Source of the DNA: the human T2T-CHM13v2.0 reference genome, Homo sapiens | DNA: 64,000 nt | Assembly (NCBI RefSeq): GCF_009914755.1 | Contig: NC_060932.1 | Strand: one strand, 5' to 3' | In this document: positions 49,062 to 62,770 of the stretch, one piece after another | Layout of the letters: the number at the start of each line of letters is the position of its first letter | Numbering within the stretch: position 1 is the stretch's first letter | Notes under the pieces: generated by a model | What the model was told of the DNA's origin: nothing | The model's database searches: none | What the model saw: the letters and a program-made list of their open reading frames with translations, nothing else | Translations under genes and position numbers: made by a program

Positions 49062-52000
49062 TCATTTATCTATATCCTGGTAGTTTGATTGACTCCCACC
49101 TAAAACAGCAGCAAACCTAAGAAAAAAGAAGTAGAAGTCTAGGTTTAAGAAAAAGTAATAAGTACCCATGTGTACAAAGTATTGTGTTTCTCCCTCCGCC
49201 TTCAGAGATATATCAAGATAATCCCAGACCAGTGCACCTCTGATTCTTAAAAGAATCTATGCTATTCTCCATGCTTGGTTTGCTGCTTGTTGAGAGAAAG
49301 AATTTGGATTGATCCCTGGGAGGACCAGTTCTCATTTTAGATACAGACAATAGCCTTTTAGTCAGAGGTAGTCATTTTGCAGAAGCATAGTATTGATCAT
49401 AAGAAAAACCATGCAAAAAAACAATGGATTGATCCTTATCAATCCTGTTCTGTTGATCTCCATGTTATAATAATTATTGGTCAGTCGTGTCAGGTTTGTA
49501 AGTGACCAGTTTATAATTCAGCACTTTTAAAAAAAAGAATAGTCTCCCTGCCTTGGGACACCTTGTACACCAGGAATAAGAAACTTAATTCTAGGTCACC
49601 TTACAAACCTCTTTGGTAAACCTACCTCCTACCAGTGAAGGCTGACAAAACTGAGAAAGCAAGATGCAGCTGCCATCTAGCTAAAGTGGAGCAAATGCAG
49701 GAAGGAGTATACTACTGCCATTGCCCTAGGAGTTTGTGAACTGGTTAAGTGCAGTTTACTCAAATAGTAGATGGGACTTAGGTACCACGGTTTCCGCTGG
49801 TATGACCTTAGTTGTCACTCACATTTGGTCGTTTCATTAGGAAACTAGGAAATCCACAGACTAGCAAAACCAAACACTGCCCTCTTGTGCATGTTCTTTT
49901 TCTTCATTATTTAAATAAAATGGAGAGCTAAGCAAATACTTGCTAAATTCAGCGGTAGTCAAAAGACATGTTTCAGGAGAAATACTGTTTCTCAGTTTTT
50001 CTTTAAGTTGGTTCGAATTTGTCAGTTTTACTGTTTTTGTGTGACACCTCTAGAAAATTATCTCCATTCTTTTCATGTTCTTCATAGACATGATTAAAAG
50101 ATAATACACATTAAAAGGAAAACCAATTGTTACATAGTAATAAGACTCACACCAAACCTCTAATATGGTAAGCACTTCATTTAGGGCTGCATGTTTTAGG
50201 ACAAGTGATAGCCTGTATTGTTTCAAAAGCTCAGTAATAGGATAAAGTGTACTAAAAACTCACCTTCTAAATCCAGTGTTATGCTTGACACCTGTTTATC
50301 AATTGGCAAGTGGGGTCTAGTGGCAATTAGCATGCTGCAAGTAAATGAAACATTTAAACATAGAGTCTTTGCAGTGAAGGGCCTGGGGAAAGAAAAACTT
50401 TATGTTAGGGCACATTTCATACATGGTGTCCATAATTCTTATTCTCATGTATGGATTTTTTTTCTTTTTTAAACAAGTAAAGAAAAGCATCCTACCATCC
50501 TGATAATGATTTGGAAGCTTTGTTTTCTGCTAGTGCCTGAAGAGGCACTAACTCTTCTAAGATAGGTTAACTGTGCAGTAGACAGACTTTTAATGGGTGT
50601 TGATGTTCTGTTTCAAGTGAGAAGTCCCAGGGTTTATTTAATTCTCCTCTACTCAGGAAAAAAGGAAGGTCAGTGTTATGGTTGTGTCTCCAGAGCAATT
50701 AGATTTCCTTTCCCAAAGAGGAAAAGGCAAGGCTAGATGAGATGTAACTGTGGTCCTTGGGCTATCATGAGTTTCTTTCTGATACCGTCACATCTTTGCT
50801 TCCAGGAACTCTTGTGAAATTAACAGGAACTTGGTCTAGGTGATTCATTGACACAGAGATTTTCATTACATATGTGAGATGAAGTCCGAAACAATACCAT
50901 GTCTTAGCTGAGTAGTGGCTGTTCCTGAGCCAGTGAACTAATAAGTCAGGAAACCTGAGTTATAAGTCATGTGACCTTGAGCAAGTCAGTTCTTTCTGGC
51001 TCCTCATTTGCAAAGTTCATGTCCTCCCCTGCAAAATAAAGAAGTTTTCAGCTTAAAGGTCTTTGATTCTTTGTCAGATCTACTCTGTTACATCGAAATC
51101 CAGGTGTAATGAGCTGTGTTATGCGATTCCATAGGCATTTGTAAATTAGGCTTCAAGAATTCACTTTCTCATGTGAATCACTTCCTAGGCCAGTACTAAT
51201 TTTTCCGTTTAGTACTCTTCTCTTTTCACGGGCTATTCTATTTTAAAACCTTAAGATGCTGCAAAGTCATGAAAACTTACAGAAACTCATGTATATTTTA
51301 GCTTGTGCTCACACCTTCTGAAAGGTTGATATGGACAGAGCCATTATTTATTTTATTAAGTCTGTGGAGTTAAAAATAAGCTCATCTGTAAAAAATACAT
51401 TAGTAAAGAACATCTTTTGTTTGTTATACCTCAGTGTGTTTGCAAAACAAACTTTTAAAATGCAAATTGGTTTGTTGCTAAAAGTTAGCATTAAGATAGG
51501 CTAAAGTTTATTATTTAAGAATAATTTTAATCTAATTCCATTTTGCCGATACTTTAAGACAGCAAACTTTATTTTCAAATAATGCTTTTCCAAATTATAA
51601 AATTAGCACGTGCTTAATATATAAAATTGAGGGATACACAGGAAAATATAAAGAAAATTAAAATACCTCTTAATACTACCATCCAAAGATAGTAATTGTT
51701 AACATTTGGCATATTTCATTTTAGTCATTTTTCTGTGTATTATGTATACATCTACATATCTTTTTAAACAAAAGATGGTTATGCCAGATATGTAGTTTTA
51801 TACTTTCTCACTTATATGATCTTTGAAAACATGATTTTCATTGACTAAATCCATTTTAAGAATATCCTCTTATTTAGTACCCAGTCCCTGGTGGTTGGAT
51901 ATGTAAATTGTTTTGTTTATTTCCAGAGATCATTTACCACATAGATACTCTCAAATAGGAGATGGGACTTAGGTTCTAAGTATGTTTAAAGCTGGTTTTT

Positions 52001-53973
52001 TTCCTTCTTCTGAAAGAGTAATCTTTCTTCTAAAAGCAGGCCTTTCCTGCCCACTGCCCAGTAAGTTTACTTGGTGATGAAGAAATACACACTGAATTGT
52101 AGTTAGTGGGAAATGTCTGGCAATCCTAAAACCTTATTTTGGATAACTGAAATGATGAGGTTTGAATATCTCTTTAGCAGAGATAGTTCACATGAAGGCA
52201 CAGAAGAACATGTTCATTTACATGGCATTATCCCTTGCTTGGAGAGTCAGTCTCTGTCTTTTCTATATGTTCACGCAGACACAAAAGGAGGAATTATTTG
52301 GCTGCAATTTTTATAGACTTCAGTGTTATTGAAATGAAAGTGGTTCAAGGACATTTCCATTTGTTACTAGCTTATGGTTTCTCATCTCTTATAAATTATT
52401 TTGCCACTTTTCATTTTAATTCTTTGTTGTCATTGTCTGGCAAAAGATCATTTGGTTTCTCCCTGTGAAGACATTCACTGATCACTCAGCCGACAGTGTC
52501 CTTTGTAAAAGTGTAGTGCCCTCTGGATTTATTTTATCATTTTTTTATTGCTACCTGTGGACTTTTGTTTATGCTTCTTTTCTGTTTTGTCTTAGAAAAT
52601 GTTTAGGGCTATATACATTTTATATGGACTAGAAGTATGTTTTGAGCTCCAGAGTTTCATTTCAGAAACAGGTCCCCTTTAGAGTCCAATAGCCAAGTTC
52701 TCCTACAGTTTATCCACTTGGTAACAGAAATTTCTAGTCCTTCAAAATAATCTAAAATGCTGGAAGGTTAATAACAGTGTGTACTGTTCCTAGGGCTGTC
52801 TTGAATGCATTTTATCACCATTCCAAAGCATCTCTTGAATCTCACCTTTCCTTTCTATGTCCAGGCCTCAGCCTATTTGAGGCCTTCTCCACAGCCATCA
52901 TCACAGCTGCCTAACTGGCTTCTGCCTCTAATATCAGCAGAGATATTGCCCTACAAAAATAAGTTTGATCTTAGAATACCTCTGCTTTAAATTACAGCTC
53001 CCAGTTGCCTAGAAAGTTAACTCCATACCCTTTAAAATCTGGACCCAACCTTTCACAACCCCCTGTCATACACTGTGTATTCTAGCCACACTAAACTCCT
53101 TCCCATTTTTGGAACATTGTAAGCTCTTTCATGACTCTTTCACTGCCTTTGGACATGGTGTTGCTTCCTCTGCCTGACAGCATTTCCCTGTACCCGCCCT
53201 CTCTGCCCTGAAAACCCTTGCTCTTTCTTCAAGACCCTGCCCAAGTATACACTCCTCTCTGCTACTGCAGTACTGTATTCATAAAACTAATATAATTTCT
53301 TTTACAGTACTTCATAATATCTTCTTTACATACCTGTATCTCCTGGTGACTACTTGGGGAAGCTTTGTCTGGTTCACCTTTGCCACCATTTAGCCAATTG
53401 CCCGGTATAAACTAGGACTCAACATTATTAGGTGATTAAAATGAATGATTAATTCAGTATATTCAAAATCAAAGTTATTAGATCTATTTCCCGACTTCGT
53501 TGGCAGCTCATTTTGGTTATATATAGCTCAGAAATAAACACAAATATCAAAAATAAACACAAATAAAAATATCTTAGGCCAAACCACCAAATGTACTTAG
53601 AGAAGATAATTGTACAAAATGGTGAAATCCTCACTTTCTCCTGAGATAGTCTGGGTTTTACCAAAAGTCTTAACTGAAACCACTGTTTTCTGTTATCACC
53701 TTTGTTTCCTTTTCCCATTCATTTATTCCCTAATGTATTCATTTATTCAACCATCTGTTGATTAGATACTTACTGTCTATTATATGCCAAGCATATTTTT
53801 TTGGGCTTAAATACCTCCTTTTGTGAGTAGATAGAAACCATAGCCATCTTCCTCTTGATGCTTCCTTTTTTCTGAGCAACTACTATGTCCTCCTTGTCAG
53901 AGCACATGTGAAAAAGACTCAGAGGATTTTAGTTTACATTAAATTCAGATATGTACATAATGTAGTGTGGTCC

Positions 53974-54093
53974 TAGGGTGGCCACATAATTTATTGTCCA
54001 AAGCAGGACACTCTGGGGGATTAAGATGGGATTTGTTAATAATCCAAGATAACAGCACTATCTCAGGCAAACCAGGGTGTATGACCACCCTTA
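53974..54093. mobile_element. MER94-like hAT-Blackjack MITE
   Basis: TIRs tagggtggccacat ... atgaccaccctta; internal aatttattgtccaaagcaggacact. Confidence 0.75.
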
Positions 54094-55649
54094 TGTAAGC
54101 CCTATAGTGTAATCAGATCACATCACTAGTTGCCTTCTGTTTTTCAAGTATGTCTTAAGTTTTTATGCCTTCATATTTTCGTCTTTACTGTTAATGTTGC
54201 CTTTGCCTCTCCAATGCCTGCAGCCTGTGCACCCCTCAGAAGCCTGCCTAATTCAATGAGCTTTCCCAGATCAGCCCAGTCCACAGAGATATCACTCTTT
54301 TCTGAATTTAACATGTTGTTTTATACTTAATTAGAAGATAGATGCATTTTGTCAGTTATGTTTTGGCTCCTTTTATTATTTAGCTTTTTTATATCTTCTT
54401 CTCGAACCATAATCAAGGCCCATATTTTGAAATTACTCATACCCCTCAAGTACAATGCCTTATGCATAGTCATGTAATACATAGTTGTTTGCTATTTTAT
54501 TTCCTGGTCTACCTTTATCTTCAAAAAACTCTTCTACTTATATCAATATTGTGTGTCTTTTCTCACAAAAAAGTTTTAAGAGTTTTGCAGTAAAAAAATC
54601 TTATTACTTTTTAAACTTAAATATTTACCATGAGGTACTATAAATGTCATTTTATCAGTTTAGATTATACTGTATATCTTGAATTAATATTTTTTAAACA
54701 TTGAAACATTACAGAAATAGAGAAAGAAGAAAGTTGTGCTAACAGTCCTTTGTATACACCTCCAGCTAGAGTAGCATGTTTCAATGACAATTCATATTTT
54801 TTAATAGGCCTACATTTTTTAATTACAAAAATAACAGGTCTTTAATAGAGAAGAAAGGATTAATTAGTTACCAGGCTTAGAGATTTAAAACCATATTGAA
54901 TCAATTCTTATTTTCTTTAGCCTTTGATTTGGAGAAAGTTACTGATTTCCTTTTTTACTCTGGTCTTCTTTATTTTATATGGTTAGATCCTAAAAATACA
55001 GATTAATTTTAATCTTTAATTAAATTTAATTAATTTTAAACCTTTTTAACTCAGTACAAAAATTATGTATACCATGAATAATTGCGAATTCTAGTTTAGC
55101 TTCCAGAGATAGCATGGCTTTATCTATTTGTTACAAGAACAGAAATCACAATCCTAATATTTTCTAGCTGGTCCAAATACACTTTCCAAACATAAATAGT
55201 TACAGAATTGTATTGATCATTAAACGAGTTCTTAAATATTGTACTGTCTCCCCCAAGTTCTCTTCTTAAAAAGTAATTTATAAAAATAGCATGTGTTTAT
55301 TTCAGAAATTCAACAGAGAAGCATATAAGGCAGAATGTCATTTTTTTTAAAATTTTTTCTTATTTCTCCAAGAAAAAGTGAAAATCATTCTTAATTGCCA
55401 CCAGTATTTTCCTGTTTTTGCCCCCATCCCCAACACTCTTGCTTCTTGGAGATAGTCATTGCTAACCCCTTAGTACGTATCCTTCAAGATCCGTTTTGCA
55501 ATACCTCTTTGCCTTCTCTTGTTAGCAGTTCATTTACTGTGAGATCCATTTCTTTTGGAGGCCCCCACACTGGGTTGGTGGTGCCTTTGTCTATCATTAT
55601 TGGCTCGTCAACACTATCATTAGTGGGGAGCGCGTGTGAGGATGATTCA

Positions 55650-56080
55650 GACTTGTACCCTGGCATCAGGTGGTTTTCAGTGTAGTAGAAGACAGATGTA
55701 TACAGTGATAACTATAATACAAGATGAAAGATATGTAAGAGAGGAACAGATGAAGTGCGGTGGGATTCATAGGGCAAAAAAAATACCTTTGATTGGCCAA
55801 GAGGTGATATTTGAGCTGTACCCTGAAAGATGGATAAGATTTGCACTGCGGGGTGGGGGAGGCAAAAAGCTGATATACTTGCAAGAGAAAGGCACAGAGA
55901 TGCAAGGAGTTTACAGAGTTATTCCATTTTCCTGGGTGGTAGCATGCATATATGGGAGTAGCAGATAAAGATGTAGAGGTTGTTTGGGGGGGGACTTTGA
56001 ACACCTCTATAATAAACCTTTGAGAATTTCTGAACAGGATAGTGACTAGAGATGTGCTTTAGGAATATTAATCAGGCATT
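55650..56080 (+). mobile_element. L2 LINE remnant
   Basis: ataactataatacaag, gaggtgatatttgagctg...tgaaagatgg, aaaggcacagagatg are L2-type motifs. Confidence 0.55.
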
Positions 56081-56194
56081 GGAGGGGGTACAGTGTCATC
56101 ACAGGCTTTGCAGTCACTTGGAAGAAAAGTTGTCACAATGAGGTGCACTGGCCAAAGAGCTATGGCTTAAAAGGAACCCGTAGGTCTTAGCAAC

Positions 56195-56350
56195 TACTGT
56201 ATCCCATCAAATCTAAGAAGGCCTTGATTGTAAGACACACCTTAGTTGACGTACCAGTAAGGGAGACAAAACACCACCAATTATAAAATGCATCCTGACT
56301 TCGGAGATCACAATAATGAAGAAATATGTATTATAAAAACAGTGAACTAA
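56195..56350. mobile_element. MER96/MER96B-like DNA transposon relic
   Basis: tactgtatcccatcaaatctaagaaggccttgattgtaagacacacc ... tgcatcctgacttcggagat. Confidence 0.6.
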
Positions 56351-57774
56351 GATCACTGTATGGGCACAGGGAAAAGATGAGATATGCAGGAAAGAAAGGA
56401 GAGTTGAGAAAATGAAAGGAAGGGGAATGAGGTCAAAGACAAAAGCGGAGAAGTTGACCTTGAAGAGGAGGAGAATGCATGCATCTTCCTCTGCCATAAG
56501 ATGAATGAGTAATGCTCAGAACAGTGTACAAGTTGAGAAGCCAAGCAATTAACTCATATTAAATAATCTCCATCTTCATAAGAGAGAAAGCAAGGTCATC
56601 TGCAAAAAGTGACAGTGGTCAGTTTGAGGGCTTGGGGTAAGAGAGTGTAAAGTTTTCAGGTAAGTGGGGCAGGAGATGGGATATGAAAGGCAATTGGTTA
56701 GAAAAGACCAATAGAATTCCCAACAGAAATGAGGGTTCCAGTTAAGGTTGAAAAATGTGGATTTATTAAAAAAACCAATTGGCCCTATTTTATGACTTTG
56801 TCCAGGAACACTTGGTCCCCTGAGAGAAGGATGGAAGAAAATAAATGGAAGTTGCTTTCTGCAGGGTAGGAGATTGGCTGGACAGGTATGGTGGAAGGAC
56901 AGAAAAGCTAAACAATCTAGTTTCTCCTAAGGGAAGTTGCTGATTTCGCATGCCATGGAGTTCAGGCTAAGAAATGAGAGGTGAAGCCCAAAGAGGAAAG
57001 ATAAACAGAGATTGTTTTTGTTTTTGTAACTGATGGGTGGGGGGATTAAGCAGTTAGAGATAATAAAGAAAGTGAAGAACAAACTATTTTGAAGAGGAGG
57101 CATAGGTAAATACAAAGTTGACTGGGGAATTTCAGAATTTAAGATCATGGAGGTAGAATTCCAAGGGTTAAGCCTTGAAGATAAAGTGTTGTCTTTCTAG
57201 AAAACAGATGGGAGTATATCTCTGTGTATCTTGGAAACCTCTAAGGCACCCCGTTTATTTCAGTATGAAGTCTTCTTAAGGAACAGACAAGGGTCTTCAC
57301 AAGCTGGCCCCATCCCACCTTTCCAGGCCAGTATCTCATCATTGCTTTGTACAAGCCCCATGTTCTAGCCACATTTAACTCTTCTCTATGCCCAGAGTCC
57401 TCAAAAGCTTTTATCTACCATTTTGCCTTTGCACATGCTGTTCCCTTTTATATAAAACGCTCTTCCTCCTCTTCTCTGCCTTGCAACCTCCTGTGCATTC
57501 TCTAGACCTAACTCAGATGGCACTCCTCAGTGACGCCTTTCCAGGCTCCTGCCAACAACACTGAACACGCCTTCATCCATGCTGCCTCAGTGCTCTGTCC
57601 ATACATCCTATGGCATTTCACCACAGGATATTGACTTACATGTCTCTCTGTAGTAGACTGTGAACACTTCAGAGTCAGAAACTATATCATCTTTCTTTAC
57701 CCACAGTGACAAGCACATATTAGGTACTTAGTATCTGCTTTTCGTTTTTGTATATTTTGTGTAAATGAACTCAT

Positions 57775-57925
57775 CCAGTACATCTCAGAAGTTACGACCT
57801 GTGCATTTAGGTCACCTGGAAATCTTGTTAAAATTCAGATTCTGATTTAGTAAGTCTGAGGTGGGGTCTGAGATTCTGCCATTCTAACTGGCTCCTAGGT
57901 GACAGCCATGCTGTTAGTTCTCAGA
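57775..57925. mobile_element. MER5-like element
   Basis: tcacctggaaatcttgttaaaattcagattctgatttagtaagtctgaggtggggtctgagattctgc. Confidence 0.75.
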
Positions 57926-59214
57926 GTTAATCCAAAGCATCTCAGCCTAAGTAAATAGGCATAGGGCAGAGACAAAAGCCATTAGAAATGTGCAAGTGAA
58001 GCAATTATGAGGGTAGTGACTTGGAAAAATCCTCCGTATGAACACTGGAGTCCCAGAAATGATAGGAGAAAATCATGCAGGAAGAGATGCTCAAATAAAG
58101 CAGAAGACCATGGTGGAGGGTGGTAGTTGACAAGACTGGGAGGATATAGCTCTATGACTTAAGTTTTACAGAAGAAAAAGGTGGTTAGGTGGGGGCAGCT
58201 GCTGTGAGTCAGGACTGCATCAGATGAGGTTAAATAAATAAATAACTGGCAGTGAAGCCATGCCCTCCAAGGAGGAGTGGGCAGTGAGAGGAGGGAGTAG
58301 TGTTAGGAGCTGGGTTTGCAGGTGATCCTCAGGAAGGGCTGGGGCCTCCAGTGCTATTCACAATAGGATGGCATTTCCACCAATGCAGACAGGAGTGCTG
58401 AAGGCATAAGAAAGGCTGGATTACAGCGAAAGGGAAACCCCTGAATAAATGGTAGGTGCTAGAATTTGACAGGGGCCCATTTCCTGATTGGAAGTTTCCA
58501 AGTTGAAACCATGAAAGTTCTCCTTTTCTTTTTTTAAACTCATGGGTGACTGAAAAAGTAGCACTAATAAGCATTCTGTTCCCACATGCAGTCTGATGGG
58601 TCTGAGAATTCTAAGGATGGGTTCAGTAAATTTATTTTTTAAAGTACTATCGTACTTTAAAAAGTGCAAAAGTAATACATACTTTTTTAACAAATGAAAA
58701 AGAAAATGTTTAAACTCCTCCCACTAAGCCCCCTCCCCACAAATCAGTAACTGGTATTTAAGCTTACTGTGTAGTCTTCCAGCTTTCATCTATGCAAACT
58801 TACGTACACATAGGAATTTTTAAATTCTGTAATGGTATTTTCATATTATTATTGGTATAATACCAATATTGAAAATAATGGTGTTTTCAATATTATTCTG
58901 CGGATAGTTTTCCTCACTTAGAAATATGTCATAAACATCCCTCTGGGTCAGTGGACAGAACTCTAACTTATTTTTTCCTACTAGTTTTAAATAGCTACAT
59001 ATAAGTATAGATATCCCATAATTTGTTCTGCCATTCTACTGATGGATACTTGGGTAATTTCCAATTTTTTCTACTACAAACAATTAGACAATAAAAAAAA
59101 GTCCTATTGTTACCAGTGCCTAAATAATATAACTCTGTGACTTGAATCAGTCACACATATCAAAAATAACTTCCATATCAATGACATCTTTTAATGAAGC
59201 ACAGCAGTATGTAG

Positions 59215-59412
59215 ACCTGTTTTGTCCCATATAATAGCCACTAGTCACATGGAGGTATTCAAATTTAAATTAGTTAAAATTAAATAAAATTCAAATTCCA
59301 TCCCTGACATTAGCCTCCTTTCAAGTGCTCAGTAGCCATTTGTGAGTTGTGGCTACCATACTGGACAGCATAAAAGATTCTACTCTCACAGAACATTCCA
59401 TTTGACAGCCTG
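59215..59412. mobile_element. MER3-like hAT-Charlie element
   Basis: atagccactagtcacatg, aaatttaaattagttaaaattaaataaaatt, tcaagtgctcagtagcca, gtggctaccatactggacagca. Confidence 0.75.
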
Positions 59413-59527
59413 GACCTAGACACTTGAGTGTGGCATCTTACAGAATATATTTTTCAGTGAGTTAGTGTTTTAATGAGAGTATGTTTGAAAAATAAAAACT
59501 TTGTGTCTGTATCGGTTGCCTCTGCAG

Positions 59528-59610
59528 TTACTTCAATGAGAATCAATACCCAGATGAAGCAAAGAGGGAAGAAATTGCAAACGCTTGCAATGCAGTTATA
59601 CAGAAGCCAG
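59528..59610 (+). CDS. HMBOX1: HMBOX1 internal coding exon (83 nt, phase 2-1), homeodomain helix 1-2
   Basis: Acceptor ttgcctctgcag, donor CAG|gtaagg. Translates (S)YFNENQYPDEAKREEIANACNAVIQKP(G), including the homeodomain YP motif. Confidence 0.97.
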
Positions 59611-60865
59611 GTAAGGTCGCAGGCACAGCCTTGCTCTGCGGTGCAGCACAGCGCTTGGTTACAGGTTGGCATCTAGGACACTTAATCTTATGCGTGCCTT
59701 GGCATGGTGCTCCCGGCTCAGTCTGTGCCATCCTTCCGCAGGTGGCCAGTGCCCTGTCCTGCTCACACAGTACTTCTGAGGGATGTTTTTATGGTACTCA
59801 AAATCAAATGCTCACATAGGAGAGTTTTCAAGGAGTGACCCTACATGAGATATGAGACCTTGAAATTACTATTTTTTTAATGTGTAGATTTCCTTTTCTA
59901 AGAATTTAGCTAAAAGATATTATGAAATAATGTTAAAGTTTTAAATATTTAAGCAAGCTTTGTCAATATAAGATTAAGATAGAATTTTTTAAAACAATTG
60001 TTATAAATTGTAAAATGCTATATTTCTCTTTGGGGAAAGAATTCTTTTTGTAGTTAGTTTCTATCTCCTTTCCACATTGAGATGACTTCTACTTAGCTAA
60101 GAAAAATTTAGGGCAGTACCATTTTGAAGTCCTGTTGTTCCAAAGTCAACAAACCCACTTAAATATTTCAAATGTATTTTCTTCCTTGTGCTAAAATATT
60201 ATTTCACATTTTACAGATTTTGTTAAACATAAACCATTTTCAGTTAACAGATCCAGTTGATTTCCATGTGGCCAGTTATTTTGATTGGCCTAAAGGCTAC
60301 ATACAAAAGTATCAATGTTTTATAGAAATTAAGCAGACCTTCATTCTCCCTCACCCAGAAGCCAGACTTCTAGCAATGTAGACCCTACAAACTGCTCCAG
60401 TGACACACAAGTGAAAGGAATCTGTACCCTGTTTCAAACATGCCAAAAGTCCCAGCCCTAAAGCTGTGCAGAAACTTGAACTCTCCCTGGAACATTTTGC
60501 CCCCGTATCATCAAGGCCCTAACAAACCTGCTTTCTGGTTTCTTCACCCACTGTGGATTAATAGCCGAAAAACAAAAGGAAAGGTGAGGAGGAAATGTTA
60601 CAGGGGGGTCTGTATTGGCAAGCATGGTTACTATCCATAAAAAATCACATTGGACTTCAAAGATGGTAAATCTAAAATGCAACTTGAATTGTGCTATGTA
60701 GTCCAAACCAGTTACAGTAATGGATAGTCATAGCGGCCTTCAGCCTTCAAGAAAACATGTATAATATCCTCTGTCCTAAGACAGCAGGTAATTAGTTAAC
60801 ATAAGGCCTTAAAGATGTAAGTAAATTTCTGTTGTCTGGATACTTGATAAAGAATAACTTATCTT

Positions 60866-61267
<402 letters not shown>

Positions 61268-61524
61268 CTAATATTATGTATGGCTTTCCGAATTGAAGCA
61301 TGTTGTGTTACTAGTTGTTGTTTTTGTATTCATTTACATATTTATTCATTCAGTAATTGGGGTGTGTACATGGTACCAGGTAATACTTTAAAAATCCCTC
61401 TGCATCTGTAGTTTTGGCAATAAACGTAATCAAAAGCAACAAAATAAAAATATTAGCCCTTAAAACTAGTTTATTCTTGGATCCCAGATATAGATTATCT
61501 GAATTTTATTGCATGTATTCACAG

Positions 61525-61620
61525 GCAAAAAGCTGTCAGATCTGGAAAGAGTTACCTCCCTGAAAGTATATAATTGGTTTGCTAACAGAAGGAAGGAGAT
61601 CAAGAGGAGAGCCAATATTG
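61525..61620 (+). CDS. HMBOX1: HMBOX1 internal coding exon (96 nt, phase 1-1), HNF-class insertion and recognition helix 3
   Basis: Acceptor gtattcacag, donor G|gtaatg. Translates (G)KKLSDLERVTSLKVYNWFANRRKEIKRRANI, with the WFxNRR homeodomain signature. Confidence 0.98.
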
Positions 61621-61730
61621 GTAATGTATCAGTGAGGCTGCTTTTCTCTTGTGCAGCAGTTGTGAACGTCATGTTTATATTAAGATTAACTTCAGTTTAG
61701 AAACTGCAAGTCTAAAGGATCCTAACTTCT

Positions 61731-62028
<298 letters not shown>

Positions 62029-62409
62029 GGATCCTAACTTCTAAGCCTAACAAAAGTTGCCCTAATGTCTTTCATTGTGTTTTTAATAAACCACAGTTAG
62101 TATTATTTACACTATTTGTAGTGTAATGGTAATGACATTATTATTTATAAAACTCATTCTTCTTAAAGTTCTAGAATATAGAATTAGACATGGCCCCTGA
62201 GCAATTGATTACTCCTGTGGTACATTTGAAAGATACTTGTAAGATCTTGAGAAAGGGAATGTAATACCCAGAATTTCTTCATTATTACTGGACTATGACT
62301 TAAATATTAGGAAACAATTGATTAATGGTTTGGAATGAAAGAGACTTAATAGACAAGGAACGCAGCAAAAGGCAGAGATAAAGAGCATTTAAGAAATATG
62401 GATTCTTGA

Positions 62410-62502
62410 TGTAATCATTTATGTATATATACACATATCAAAACATCACCTTGTACACCATAAATATATACAATTTTTATTAATTATATTTCAATAAAGC
62501 TG
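62410..62502 (+). mobile_element. L1 extreme 3' end fragment with AATAAA
   Basis: catatcaaaacatcaccttgtacaccataaatatatacaattttta ... tcaataaagctg. Confidence 0.7.
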
Positions 62503-62683
62503 AACAGAGAAAACAAAAATGCCAAAAGTGCCCTAGAGGGAACTACGAATACAACTGAAAAAGGAAGAAATAAAGGATTTGTTCCCATTCAAAACTGTAA
62601 CAGTAATAAATAAGAATAAGAAATTTAAGTTGGTGAGTCAGGTGGGATGTTGGTTTTTAGCTTCTAAAATTGCATTTCATTTC

Positions 62684-62770
62684 TTCCATCCAAGTACTAA
62701 CCAGGCCTGACCCTGCTTAGCTTCCAAGATCAGACGAGATCGGGCGCATTGAGCGTGGTATGGGCATAGA
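62684..62770 (-). pseudogene. 5S rRNA retropseudogene, 3'-truncated and tailless
   Basis: The reverse complement tctatgcccataccacgctcaatgcgcccgatctcgtctgatcttggaagctaagcagggtcaggcctggttagtacttggatgg matches 5S rRNA nt ~2-86. It is flanked by the direct repeat tgcatttcatttc (62671-62683 and 62772-62784). Confidence 0.95.

Noticed and set aside
54995-55045. AT-rich palindromes (ttaattaaatttaattaa)
   Set aside because: Expected in very low-complexity AT sequence.
55484-55666. 60-aa minus-strand ORF with a protein-like look (KGTTNPVWG recalls a C2-domain motif)
   Set aside because: It is short, has no further domain residues or splice support, and overlaps the edge of an L2 relic. Most likely chance.
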